Below the pieces are notes generated by a model that saw nothing but the letters and a program-made list of their open reading frames with translations, was not told the origin of the DNA and did no database searches. Below are positions 48,588 to 56,057 of a stretch of 64,000 bases of DNA, piece after piece; the stretch's first letter is position 1; each line of letters begins with the position of its first letter. Source of the stretch: Campylobacterota bacterium (GTDB lineage: Bacteria > Bdellovibrionota > Bacteriovoracia > Bacteriovoracales > Bacteriovoracaceae). The DNA is taken from assembly GCA_003650125.1 (NCBI GenBank), contig QNFX01000004.1:19738-83737 (forward strand), in the 5' to 3' direction. The translations under genes were made by a program, and so were the position numbers.

Positions 48588-48728
48588 TTTAAAGTTTCTC
48601 TGATTTTTTTTTAAAAGCTACGACTTGCTCAAAAATGATTCCATAACAAAGAACATAACAAATTATGATATTTTTCATGTTTTGAGACACTCATTTTAAA
48701 TAAGGCCATCTTATGGTACTCGTCATTT

Positions 48729-49376
48729 ATGAATCAAACCAGTTTGATATATCAGTATTCCCATACTGAAGAATTTATTAACGGATTTACCCATCTCTTA
48801 GGGATAATCCTTGGTTTTTATATCTCTTTTGCATTACTTTCTAAGGCCATAACTAGTGGACAATATGGCCACATTTTCAGTTATCTCATTTATGGAGCTA
48901 GTTTCATTGCCTTGTTCGCATCCTCAACTTTTTATCATTTTACAAGAGAACCTAAATTAAAAATGATACTGAAAAAAGTTGACCATATTTGCATCTATAT
49001 TTTTATCGCTGCTACCTACACCCCAATCATATTAATTAAATTTCACTCACCCTGGAATCCCTGGCTTTTAATTTTAGTATGGGTACTGGCACTGGCGGGA
49101 TCAATTTACAAACTATCTGCCAAAAACCGAAATGTGTTTGTCTCTGTCGGGACTTATTTGGCGATGGGATATGTATGTATGTTGGCCATAAATCCAATGC
49201 TTGAAGTTCTCGATAAGACCTCTTTTTATTTATTATTAATTGGCGGAATATCTTTCAGTATAGGTGTAGTTTTTTATCTGCTAAAAAAAGTACCCTTTAG
49301 TCACTCAATATGGCACCTTTTTGTCTTGGCTGGCACAATATTTCACTATCTCTCAATCAATTCAATCGTTAATTAG
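48729..49376 (+). CDS. hemolysin III / PAQR-family membrane protein
   Basis: Seven TM helices with FTHLLG, SSTFYH, DHICIYIFIA and HLFVLAGTIFHY motifs. Confidence 0.85.
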   Translation: MNQTSLIYQYSHTEEFINGFTHLLGIILGFYISFALLSKAITSGQYGHIFSYLIYGASFIALFASSTFYHFTREPKLKMILKKVDHICIYIFIAATYTPIILIKFHSPWNPWLLILVWVLALAGSIYKLSAKNRNVFVSVGTYLAMGYVCMLAINPMLEVLDKTSFYLLLIGGISFSIGVVFYLLKKVPFSHSIWHLFVLAGTIFHYLSINSIVN

Positions 49377-49386
49377 GAGGAAAGTT

Positions 49387-50772
49387 TTGAAAAAGAAAAA
49401 AAGATCCTGGGCCGAACCCTATAAAATTAAAACCGTAGAACTCATCGAAATGAAAGACCTTAAAGAACGGGAAGAGGCCATTGTAGAGGCCGGATTTAAT
49501 ACCTTCCTTTTAAAAAGTAAGGATGTCTATATCGACCTCCTTACCGATAGTGGAACCAGCGCGATGAGTGATCTCCAATGGGCCGCTATGATGAGAGGAG
49601 ATGAGTCCTACGCCGGATCAAAAAATTTCTACGAACTAGAAGATACTGTTAAAAAATTTTATGGCTACAAACACCTTGTTCCCACCCACCAAGGGCGTGG
49701 AGCAGAAAATATCATGTCTCAAATTTTAATTAAAAAAGGTGATTTCATTCCCGGTAATATGTATTTTACCACTACCAGACTCCACCAGGAAATGGCCGGT
49801 GGGCAATTCATCGATGTTATTGTGGATGAGGCCCATGATCCGGAAAACACTTTCCCTTTTAAAGGTAATGTAGACATAGAAAAAATGCAGGAGCTCGTAG
49901 ACCGAGTTGGGGCCGACAGGGTTCCCTATATTAGTCTTGAGGGCAATGTAAATATGGCCGGAGGACAGCCCTTTTCTATTGCCAACTTAAAAGAGCTCCA
50001 TGCTTTTTGTAAAAAACACAATATTTTAATAATGCTTGATGCTACAAGAACTGTAGAAAATGCCTACTTTATTAAAATACAGGAAAAAGGTTATGAAGAT
50101 AAAAGCATCGAAGAAATTTTACTTGAAATCTGCTCTTATACTGATGGCTGTACCATCTCGGCAAAAAAAGACTGCCTAGTAAACATTGGTGGCTTCTTTG
50201 CCTGTAATGATGATGAAATCTATAGAAGGGCACAAAACCTAGTTGTAATTTATGAAGGACTTCATACCTATGGTGGACTGGCCGGAAGAGACATGGCCGC
50301 CATGGCCCAAGGGATTAGGGAAAGTGTCATGTTTGAACATCAACAAGCACGAGTTGGACAAGTGAAATACCTGGGAGAACAAATTAGAGACTATGGAGTT
50401 CCTATTGTAGAACCAGTGGGATCTCATGCCATATTTTTAAATGCAGGGAAAATTCTTTCTCACTTAGATCAAGATGAATATCCAGCACAAACCCTCTCGG
50501 CCGAACTCTATATTGAAAATGGAATTCGTTCCATGGAAAGAGGAAATGTTTCTGCCGGTAGAGATCCGGGGACAGGTCAAAATAGAAGGCCTAAGCTTGA
50601 ACTTATTAGACTTACAATCCCCAGAAGAGTCTATACCCAGGCCCATATGGATGTTGTAGCAGAGTCAGTGGCCGCGGTTTATGAAAGAAGAAAAAATATT
50701 AAAGGCCTAGAAATGACCTATGAACCGGAATATTTGCGATTTTTTCAATCAAGATTTAAACGAAAAAAATAG
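49387..50772 (+). CDS. tpl: beta-eliminating lyase, most like tyrosine phenol-lyase
   Basis: Long collinear matches to Citrobacter TPL as I recall it: YIDLLTDSGT.AMSD, VPTHQGRGAEN, GNMYFTTTR, DATR.VENAYFIK, the PLP-lysine context KKDCLVNIGGF, and RPKLE..RLTIPRRVYT.AHMDVVA. E. coli tryptophanase differs at these blocks (NYFFDTTQ, KKDAMVPMGG). TTG start behind AGGAGG. Confidence 0.75.
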   Translation: MKKKKRSWAEPYKIKTVELIEMKDLKEREEAIVEAGFNTFLLKSKDVYIDLLTDSGTSAMSDLQWAAMMRGDESYAGSKNFYELEDTVKKFYGYKHLVPTHQGRGAENIMSQILIKKGDFIPGNMYFTTTRLHQEMAGGQFIDVIVDEAHDPENTFPFKGNVDIEKMQELVDRVGADRVPYISLEGNVNMAGGQPFSIANLKELHAFCKKHNILIMLDATRTVENAYFIKIQEKGYEDKSIEEILLEICSYTDGCTISAKKDCLVNIGGFFACNDDEIYRRAQNLVVIYEGLHTYGGLAGRDMAAMAQGIRESVMFEHQQARVGQVKYLGEQIRDYGVPIVEPVGSHAIFLNAGKILSHLDQDEYPAQTLSAELYIENGIRSMERGNVSAGRDPGTGQNRRPKLELIRLTIPRRVYTQAHMDVVAESVAAVYERRKNIKGLEMTYEPEYLRFFQSRFKRKK

Positions 50773-50774
50773 TT

Positions 50775-51074
50775 TCATATTCTTTTTGAATGTTGAAATG
50801 ATGGAACTAATTCGTTTATATCTTGTTTAGGCCAATTGATGATTCCTCCAACGAAGATATTCACTTTGGTAAAATTCTCATCCTCTAAAATATCACGGGC
50901 CAATTGAGACCTTGTACCTGATTGACATAAAATCACGATTTCTTTGTTTTTTAATTGTTCCAATTCATTTAATCGCGTTGGCAAATCACTAAGGGGAATA
51001 TTAAGACCTCCAACATTATAGGTCTCATACTCATGATTTTCTCTTATATCGAGAATAAAAGGTGTACCTTCCAT
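50775..51074 (-). CDS. single-domain rhodanese-like protein
   Basis: 99 aa. ILDIRE..EY and the active-site loop CQSGTRS. Begins 4 nt after the DUF2063 gene. Confidence 0.8.
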   Translation of the reverse strand: MEGTPFILDIRENHEYETYNVGGLNIPLSDLPTRLNELEQLKNKEIVILCQSGTRSQLARDILEDENFTKVNIFVGGIINWPKQDINELVPSFQHSKRI

Positions 51075-51078
51075 AGAT

Positions 51079-51852
51079 TTAAACCAACTCGACTATAATA
51101 CCGCTAGTGGCGATAAAATTGAAAAGAGATTGAACCTCTTGTGGTTCCAATGAAGAATTTTCAAGTGCTGTTTCTAAATTCAGTCCCTGATTTAATTTAT
51201 CTAAAATATCAACCTGCTCAGGTTTTAAAAACTTAGTGTGAATCCCCTGGGAACTTTTATATAAGCAGATACTTTCTGGAGCATTCCAATCTAGATCGAT
51301 TGCATTCCTTTCTTCCAGTGGAATATTTTTCAAATCCCAGATTTTATAAATGGGAAAATTAGATTTTTGTAAATAAAAAGATTCAGCAAACTTAAACTTG
51401 ATCTTAGACAAGTCAGAACAAGATTTTAGTTGTTCCTCCCCTAAGGCCTTTTGAATGGGTAGATGAAAAATTCGCATAAACTGTTTATCGAGATGACAAA
51501 GCTCAAAAAGGAAAGGAAATTCCTCGCCAAGAGGGTGATCTTTTACAAATTGGTCTAAGTCTTCACCAAAATCCCCAATATCAAAAGATTTGGACCGGTG
51601 ATCAATTAGATATTCTTCACATAAAGAAAAAAATAATTTATCCCCGAGAAGTGACCAAGTTCCCTCGTAATTTTCACCCAACACTGAGGTCAGTCTGGCC
51701 ACATAATCATCTCGATAAACCTGTAGGGCCGCCGAGATATCAATTTTTCCTGCGGGAATTATAGCATCGAGGAGATCTTTTTCATTTTCTCCCGTGAGAA
51801 TACTTTTTCCAAATAGTTTTTGTGATTTTTCAATTCCTAATTCACCTATCAT
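51079..51852 (-). CDS. DUF2063-family partner protein of the MNIO (MbnC/BufC/HvfC-like)
   Basis: The N-terminal half matches the DUF2063 pattern (LQVYRDDYVARLTSVLGENYEGTWSLLGDKLFFSLCEEYLIDH.S.S.DIGDFGEDLDQFV). It overlaps the DUF692 gene by 11 nt. Confidence 0.7.
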   Translation of the reverse strand: MIGELGIEKSQKLFGKSILTGENEKDLLDAIIPAGKIDISAALQVYRDDYVARLTSVLGENYEGTWSLLGDKLFFSLCEEYLIDHRSKSFDIGDFGEDLDQFVKDHPLGEEFPFLFELCHLDKQFMRIFHLPIQKALGEEQLKSCSDLSKIKFKFAESFYLQKSNFPIYKIWDLKNIPLEERNAIDLDWNAPESICLYKSSQGIHTKFLKPEQVDILDKLNQGLNLETALENSSLEPQEVQSLFNFIATSGIIVELV

Positions 51853-52657
51853 GATGCCTCTGCCAAATTTTCTGGGCCTTTAAGGCCTCTTCTTCTAGGT
51901 GGGGAAACGCGGGAATATCATCATCCCATTCCAGTAAAACTGGAACGTCCTTTAGGTCCTTAATTACATAAGAAAAAAGATCCCAAACTTCGGGATAGAC
52001 TGGTTTACTATGGGTATCGAATAAAAAATCCCCCATATCCGTATATCCCGCCAGATGAATCTGGACTACCTTATCTTTTGGTATATGGTCCAAATAAACT
52101 TTTGGATCATAATTAAAGTTTACAGAATTTACATAAACATTATTAACATCAAGTAGGATATTGCAGCCAGTTTGTTCAACCAACTTTTTAATAAACTCCC
52201 ATTCAGTATAAGTTGATTCCTTATAATCCACATAAGCAGTGGGGTTTTCTAAAACCATTGGCCGTCCCAAAATAGATTGAATTTTATCTAACTTGGAAGC
52301 AATATGATTTAAAGATTTATCAGTATAAGGAACAGGTAAAAGATTATGAAAATTTGAATCGGGTAGACCTGTCCAACAAAGGTGATCAGATACAATGAAG
52401 GGATCAAAAACATCAATCATGTATTTTAATTTTTCTAGATAATCCAAATTAAGTGGATCATAGGATCCTATAGATAAGGAAACTCCATGAAAAGCTAGAG
52501 GATACTTTTCTCTTATAAATTTTAAGATATCCCAAGGTCTTCCTCTGGAGTTCATATAATTTTCAGAGATAACCTCAAACCATTTTATATTAGTAGGAGG
52601 GTTTTTTTCTAAATAAGAATAATGTTCGGCCCGAAGACCTACGCCAATATTGCACAT
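51842..52657 (-). CDS. DUF692 / MNIO (multinuclear non-heme iron oxidase, MbnB/BufB/HvfB-like)
   Basis: IGVGLR, WFEVISENY, HGVSLSIGS, SDHLCW, LENP, LLDVNNVYVN, IHLAGY, DTH, LEWD are the metal-ligand blocks of the UPF0276/DUF692 TIM barrel. The start is ambiguous (ATG 52657 or TTG 52684). Confidence 0.85.
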   Translation of the reverse strand: MCNIGVGLRAEHYSYLEKNPPTNIKWFEVISENYMNSRGRPWDILKFIREKYPLAFHGVSLSIGSYDPLNLDYLEKLKYMIDVFDPFIVSDHLCWTGLPDSNFHNLLPVPYTDKSLNHIASKLDKIQSILGRPMVLENPTAYVDYKESTYTEWEFIKKLVEQTGCNILLDVNNVYVNSVNFNYDPKVYLDHIPKDKVVQIHLAGYTDMGDFLFDTHSKPVYPEVWDLFSYVIKDLKDVPVLLEWDDDIPAFPHLEEEALKAQKIWQRHHDR

Positions 52658-52748
52658 GCCGGATATAAAACCACAAATTAACAAAACTTATTATCTTTAA
52701 AACACACTTAATGATAACTCTCACATCTTTTAATGATTTTTTGTTCTG

Positions 52749-54341
52749 CTAATGCTTTAACTTTTTAGCTAAATACTCATCATAAGAGATATACTCATCA
52801 TCAATCACGGTGCCATCAATTTCAATAATTCTATCAGCGATGGTTTGAATAAATTCATGGTCATGAGAAGTAAAAAGCAAAGTACCTTTAAAATCGATCA
52901 GGCCATTATTTACGGCCGTAATACTCTCAAGATCTAAATGGGCAGTAGGGCCATCTAAAAGTAAAAGGTTAGATCCAGAAAGCATCATTTTTGCAAGCAT
53001 GCAACGAACCTTCTCTCCCCCTGATAAGACATTCGTTTTCTTTAATGATTCTTCTCCTGTAAATAACATTTTACCTAAAAAGCTTCGTAAAAAAGACTCA
53101 TGCTGATCTTTTGAAAACTGTCTTAACCAATTGATAATATCTAGCTTTCCGCTATCAAAATAACTAGAATTATCGCTTGGGAAATAAGCTTTAGTAATCG
53201 TCACTCCCCAAGTAAACTCTCCGGCATCGGGTTCAAGCTCTCCCATGAGTATTTGAAAAAGGGTTGTTTTTGCCAAATCACTACTACTAAGAAAAATAAT
53301 TTTATCTCCCTTCTTAACTGTGAAACTAACATTATCGAGAATCTTAACTCCATCAATAGACTTGCTGATCCCTGTAACGGTTAAAATATCCTTACCGGCC
53401 TCTCGATTAGGTTTAAATTGCACAAAGGGATATTTACGAGTTGAAACAGGTAAATCCTTTAGTTGTAATTTATCCAGTTGTTTTTGTCTGGAAGTTGCCT
53501 GCTTGGACTTTGAAGCATTGGCACTAAAGCGCTGAATAAATGCCTTTAAATCGTTTGCTTTATCTTCCATCTTTTTATTTTCATTAGACCTTAAATTTCT
53601 TGCAAGCTCCGAAGAGGTGCGCCAAAACTCATAATTTCCCGTGTAGTTGTTGATTTTTTGATAATCAATATCAGCGATATGAGTACAGACTTTATTGAGA
53701 AAATGTCGATCGTGAGAGACGACAATAACAGTATTTTTAAAATCCATAATAAAATTTTCCAACCACTGGATGGAGGCAATATCTAAATGGTTGGTTGGCT
53801 CATCAAGAAGTAAAATATCAGGATTGCCAAAAATCGCCTGGGCCAATAAGACTTTGACTTTTTCAGCTCCATTTAATTCTTTCATCTTTTTATCAAGATA
53901 TTTTGCTCCAAGACCAAGTCCGGCCAATAAACTTCCAGCTTCGGACTCTGCCTCCCAGCCATTGAGTTCAGAGAACTGATCCTCAAGCTCTGAGGCCTTT
54001 ATTCCATCTTCATCAGTAAAATTTTCTTTTGCGTAAATGACATCTTTTGCCACAATAATTTTATGTAAATCTTGATTCCCCATTAAAATGGTATTTAAAA
54101 CTTGTTCCTCTTCATAGGCATAATGATCTTGTTTTAAAATAGAAAGTCGCTCACCAGGAGTAATATTAACCTGTCCACTTTGAGCTTCGATTTCACTGGA
54201 TAAGATTTTTATGAAAGTTGATTTTCCTGCACCATTGGCACCTATTAATCCGTAGCAGTTACCTGGCATGAACTTAATATTTACGTCTTCAAATAATTTT
54301 TGTCCGCCATAACTCATGGTGATATTGCTGGTGCTAATCAT
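52749..54341 (-). CDS. ABC-F family ATPase (YbiT-like, no TM domain)
   Basis: Two ABC cassettes (GANGAGKST ... LSGAEKVKV.. LLLDEPTNHLD; second LSGGEKVR ... LLLDGPTAHLD) joined by a charged linker. Confidence 0.9.
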   Translation of the reverse strand: MISTSNITMSYGGQKLFEDVNIKFMPGNCYGLIGANGAGKSTFIKILSSEIEAQSGQVNITPGERLSILKQDHYAYEEEQVLNTILMGNQDLHKIIVAKDVIYAKENFTDEDGIKASELEDQFSELNGWEAESEAGSLLAGLGLGAKYLDKKMKELNGAEKVKVLLAQAIFGNPDILLLDEPTNHLDIASIQWLENFIMDFKNTVIVVSHDRHFLNKVCTHIADIDYQKINNYTGNYEFWRTSSELARNLRSNENKKMEDKANDLKAFIQRFSANASKSKQATSRQKQLDKLQLKDLPVSTRKYPFVQFKPNREAGKDILTVTGISKSIDGVKILDNVSFTVKKGDKIIFLSSSDLAKTTLFQILMGELEPDAGEFTWGVTITKAYFPSDNSSYFDSGKLDIINWLRQFSKDQHESFLRSFLGKMLFTGEESLKKTNVLSGGEKVRCMLAKMMLSGSNLLLLDGPTAHLDLESITAVNNGLIDFKGTLLFTSHDHEFIQTIADRIIEIDGTVIDDEYISYDEYLAKKLKH

Positions 54342-54416
54342 AAAAACCTCAAATTTTTAATATAAAGTGTTACTCATAGCACAAGGAATATCTAATCGAA
54401 AAGGTAAAAAAGCTAC

Positions 54417-55163
54417 CTAAGAGTCTGTAACTACCAATAAGTTGGGGTTTTCTGTTTCTAACTGAATCACTTTTTGAATAAAGCTTAATGTTGAAGTTAA
54501 AGAGTAATTACAATTTATACAGGCACCCAAATATTCTATCGCCACCATCGAATCATCTACAAATACAGGGGTAACCCCTCCCCCATCAAGACCTAGCGGT
54601 TTAGCTATAAACTTGAATATAATATCATCTATAATATTTTTTTTCTCATTAGTGTTTAGCTCTAAAAACTTGGCCTGAGAAATCGTAGGACTGTCTCCAG
54701 GTCTGTAATCATCATTGATATTTGGAGACCTTTTTTCTTTACTCTGAGGTTCCTCAATATTAGTGAGGCCTTTTACTACTTTATCAAATATTGGAATCAA
54801 AGAGTTATATCCCTCCTCATACGAGGGTGTGATATTATCATTTCTTAGAAAACTTTCTACCTCACGAATACTAATGGATTTTAATCTTGTTATATCCTGG
54901 CCATTTAAAAGTTCAATTAATGCATCTAAAAAGGAAAGTTTTTCATCTGTAATATTTGAGGAATATTTTATACCAGCAAAAACGGAAGGCATTTGATTTT
55001 TATCCAGGATACCAAAAATCAAAATTTGCCCATGATGACTTGATGAATCTATTTCAAAAGAAAAAGAACCTGGAATATTATCATTTAAAAAGAGTTCACG
55101 CTCTTTTAAATCTTCTCTAAAAAGAGGCTTTTTCATCCGCTGTAAAACTTTTTCAGAATACAT
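54417..55163 (-). CDS. NifU-like protein (Cys-less IscU-sized N-domain plus C-terminal Nfu CxxC domain)
   Basis: C-terminal GGGVTPVFVDDSMVAIEYLGACINCNYS matches the Nfu/NifU C-terminal domain. The N-terminal region resembles the ORF at 17658-18371 in layout. Confidence 0.55.
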   Translation of the reverse strand: MYSEKVLQRMKKPLFREDLKERELFLNDNIPGSFSFEIDSSSHHGQILIFGILDKNQMPSVFAGIKYSSNITDEKLSFLDALIELLNGQDITRLKSISIREVESFLRNDNITPSYEEGYNSLIPIFDKVVKGLTNIEEPQSKEKRSPNINDDYRPGDSPTISQAKFLELNTNEKKNIIDDIIFKFIAKPLGLDGGGVTPVFVDDSMVAIEYLGACINCNYSLTSTLSFIQKVIQLETENPNLLVVTDS

Positions 55164-55168
55164 TATAC

Positions 55169-55444
55169 CTACTTAGACATAAGCAAATTTGCTTTTTCAA
55201 AATCCTTACTCTCTAAGGCCTGATGAACCTCATCCAGATTTTTAAGATTGAGAGCTTCAGAATCAAAAAACTTAACTGTGATAATGGCCGCAATTTCCAT
55301 CATTTTAACTGAGGCCTTAACAATTTCTTCTCTTTGCTCCTCAGTCTTTTCCTCAAAGGAGATTGTCTCTTCTAAGGTCTCAAAGGCGTAATGGCCTATG
55401 ACAGTTAATAAATTTCCAAGCGAATCATCGCTAATTTTTGACAT
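55169..55444 (-). CDS. hypothetical acidic protein (91 aa)
   Basis: ORF with tight spacing to its neighbours. No Cys, no signal peptide, no motif recognised. Confidence 0.45.
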   Translation of the reverse strand: MSKISDDSLGNLLTVIGHYAFETLEETISFEEKTEEQREEIVKASVKMMEIAAIITVKFFDSEALNLKNLDEVHQALESKDFEKANLLMSK

Positions 55445-55475
55445 CTTAAGTCCTCTTTAATTGTTTATGGCCTTT

Positions 55476-56015
55476 TTATATTTGGAAAGTGCTAATTTGG
55501 CCAATTTCTTTAAATTGAGCGACCTGATCCTTATAATTCACCTCAACAAGGTTAAATAAGGGCAGCATGAGCTTATCACCATCTTTATGTTCACTATTAA
55601 GACCTTCGGCAAACCGATATAGGACATTATCTTCCTTATGAATATGTTCCTCTAGAGTGCGTATATAGAGTTCCATTGTGTCCTTGAAGATAGGCCATTT
55701 ACTCAAATCTCCTTTAGCTATTTTCTCTAACTCGTAATCGGCCTGACTAATCAGCGCCCTAGTTTGTTTGTGTTCGTGGAGCATACATTTAAGGGGCCCA
55801 TGTTCTAACTCTGGATTTTTTTCTTGCATCCACGGAAAATAGATATCCTCTTCCTTGATATGGTGAAATTTATCAGCATAGATCTTTAAAAAGGAAATAA
55901 AATATTGCCATGTTTTAACGTTCTGCCAATTTGGAGAGGAAAAAACATCCTTCATCTTTCCTAGATGTCTTAAAATATCTTGATGTTCCTCTTTGAGGAT
56001 TTCAGTAACCTTCAA
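55476..56015 (-). CDS. hemerythrin-like (HHE cation-binding) domain protein
   Basis: ILKEEHQDI, FHHIKEEDIYFPW, MLHEHKQ, HIHKEDNVLY. The His/Glu ligand spacing is that of hemerythrin-type di-iron domains. Confidence 0.7.
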   Translation of the reverse strand: MKVTEILKEEHQDILRHLGKMKDVFSSPNWQNVKTWQYFISFLKIYADKFHHIKEEDIYFPWMQEKNPELEHGPLKCMLHEHKQTRALISQADYELEKIAKGDLSKWPIFKDTMELYIRTLEEHIHKEDNVLYRFAEGLNSEHKDGDKLMLPLFNLVEVNYKDQVAQFKEIGQISTFQI

Positions 56016-56057
56016 AAAAAGCTCCTTTAAAAGAGGCGACCTAGGGCCGCCCTGAAT

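Noticed and set aside
48589-48678. 29-aa minus-strand ORF (MKNIIICYVLCYGIIFEQVVAFKKKSEKL) directly upstream of thiG, considered as a leader peptide or ThiS
   Set aside because: It is too short and has no C-terminal GG, so it is not ThiS. No SD is visible. Such ORFs arise readily in AT-rich spacers.
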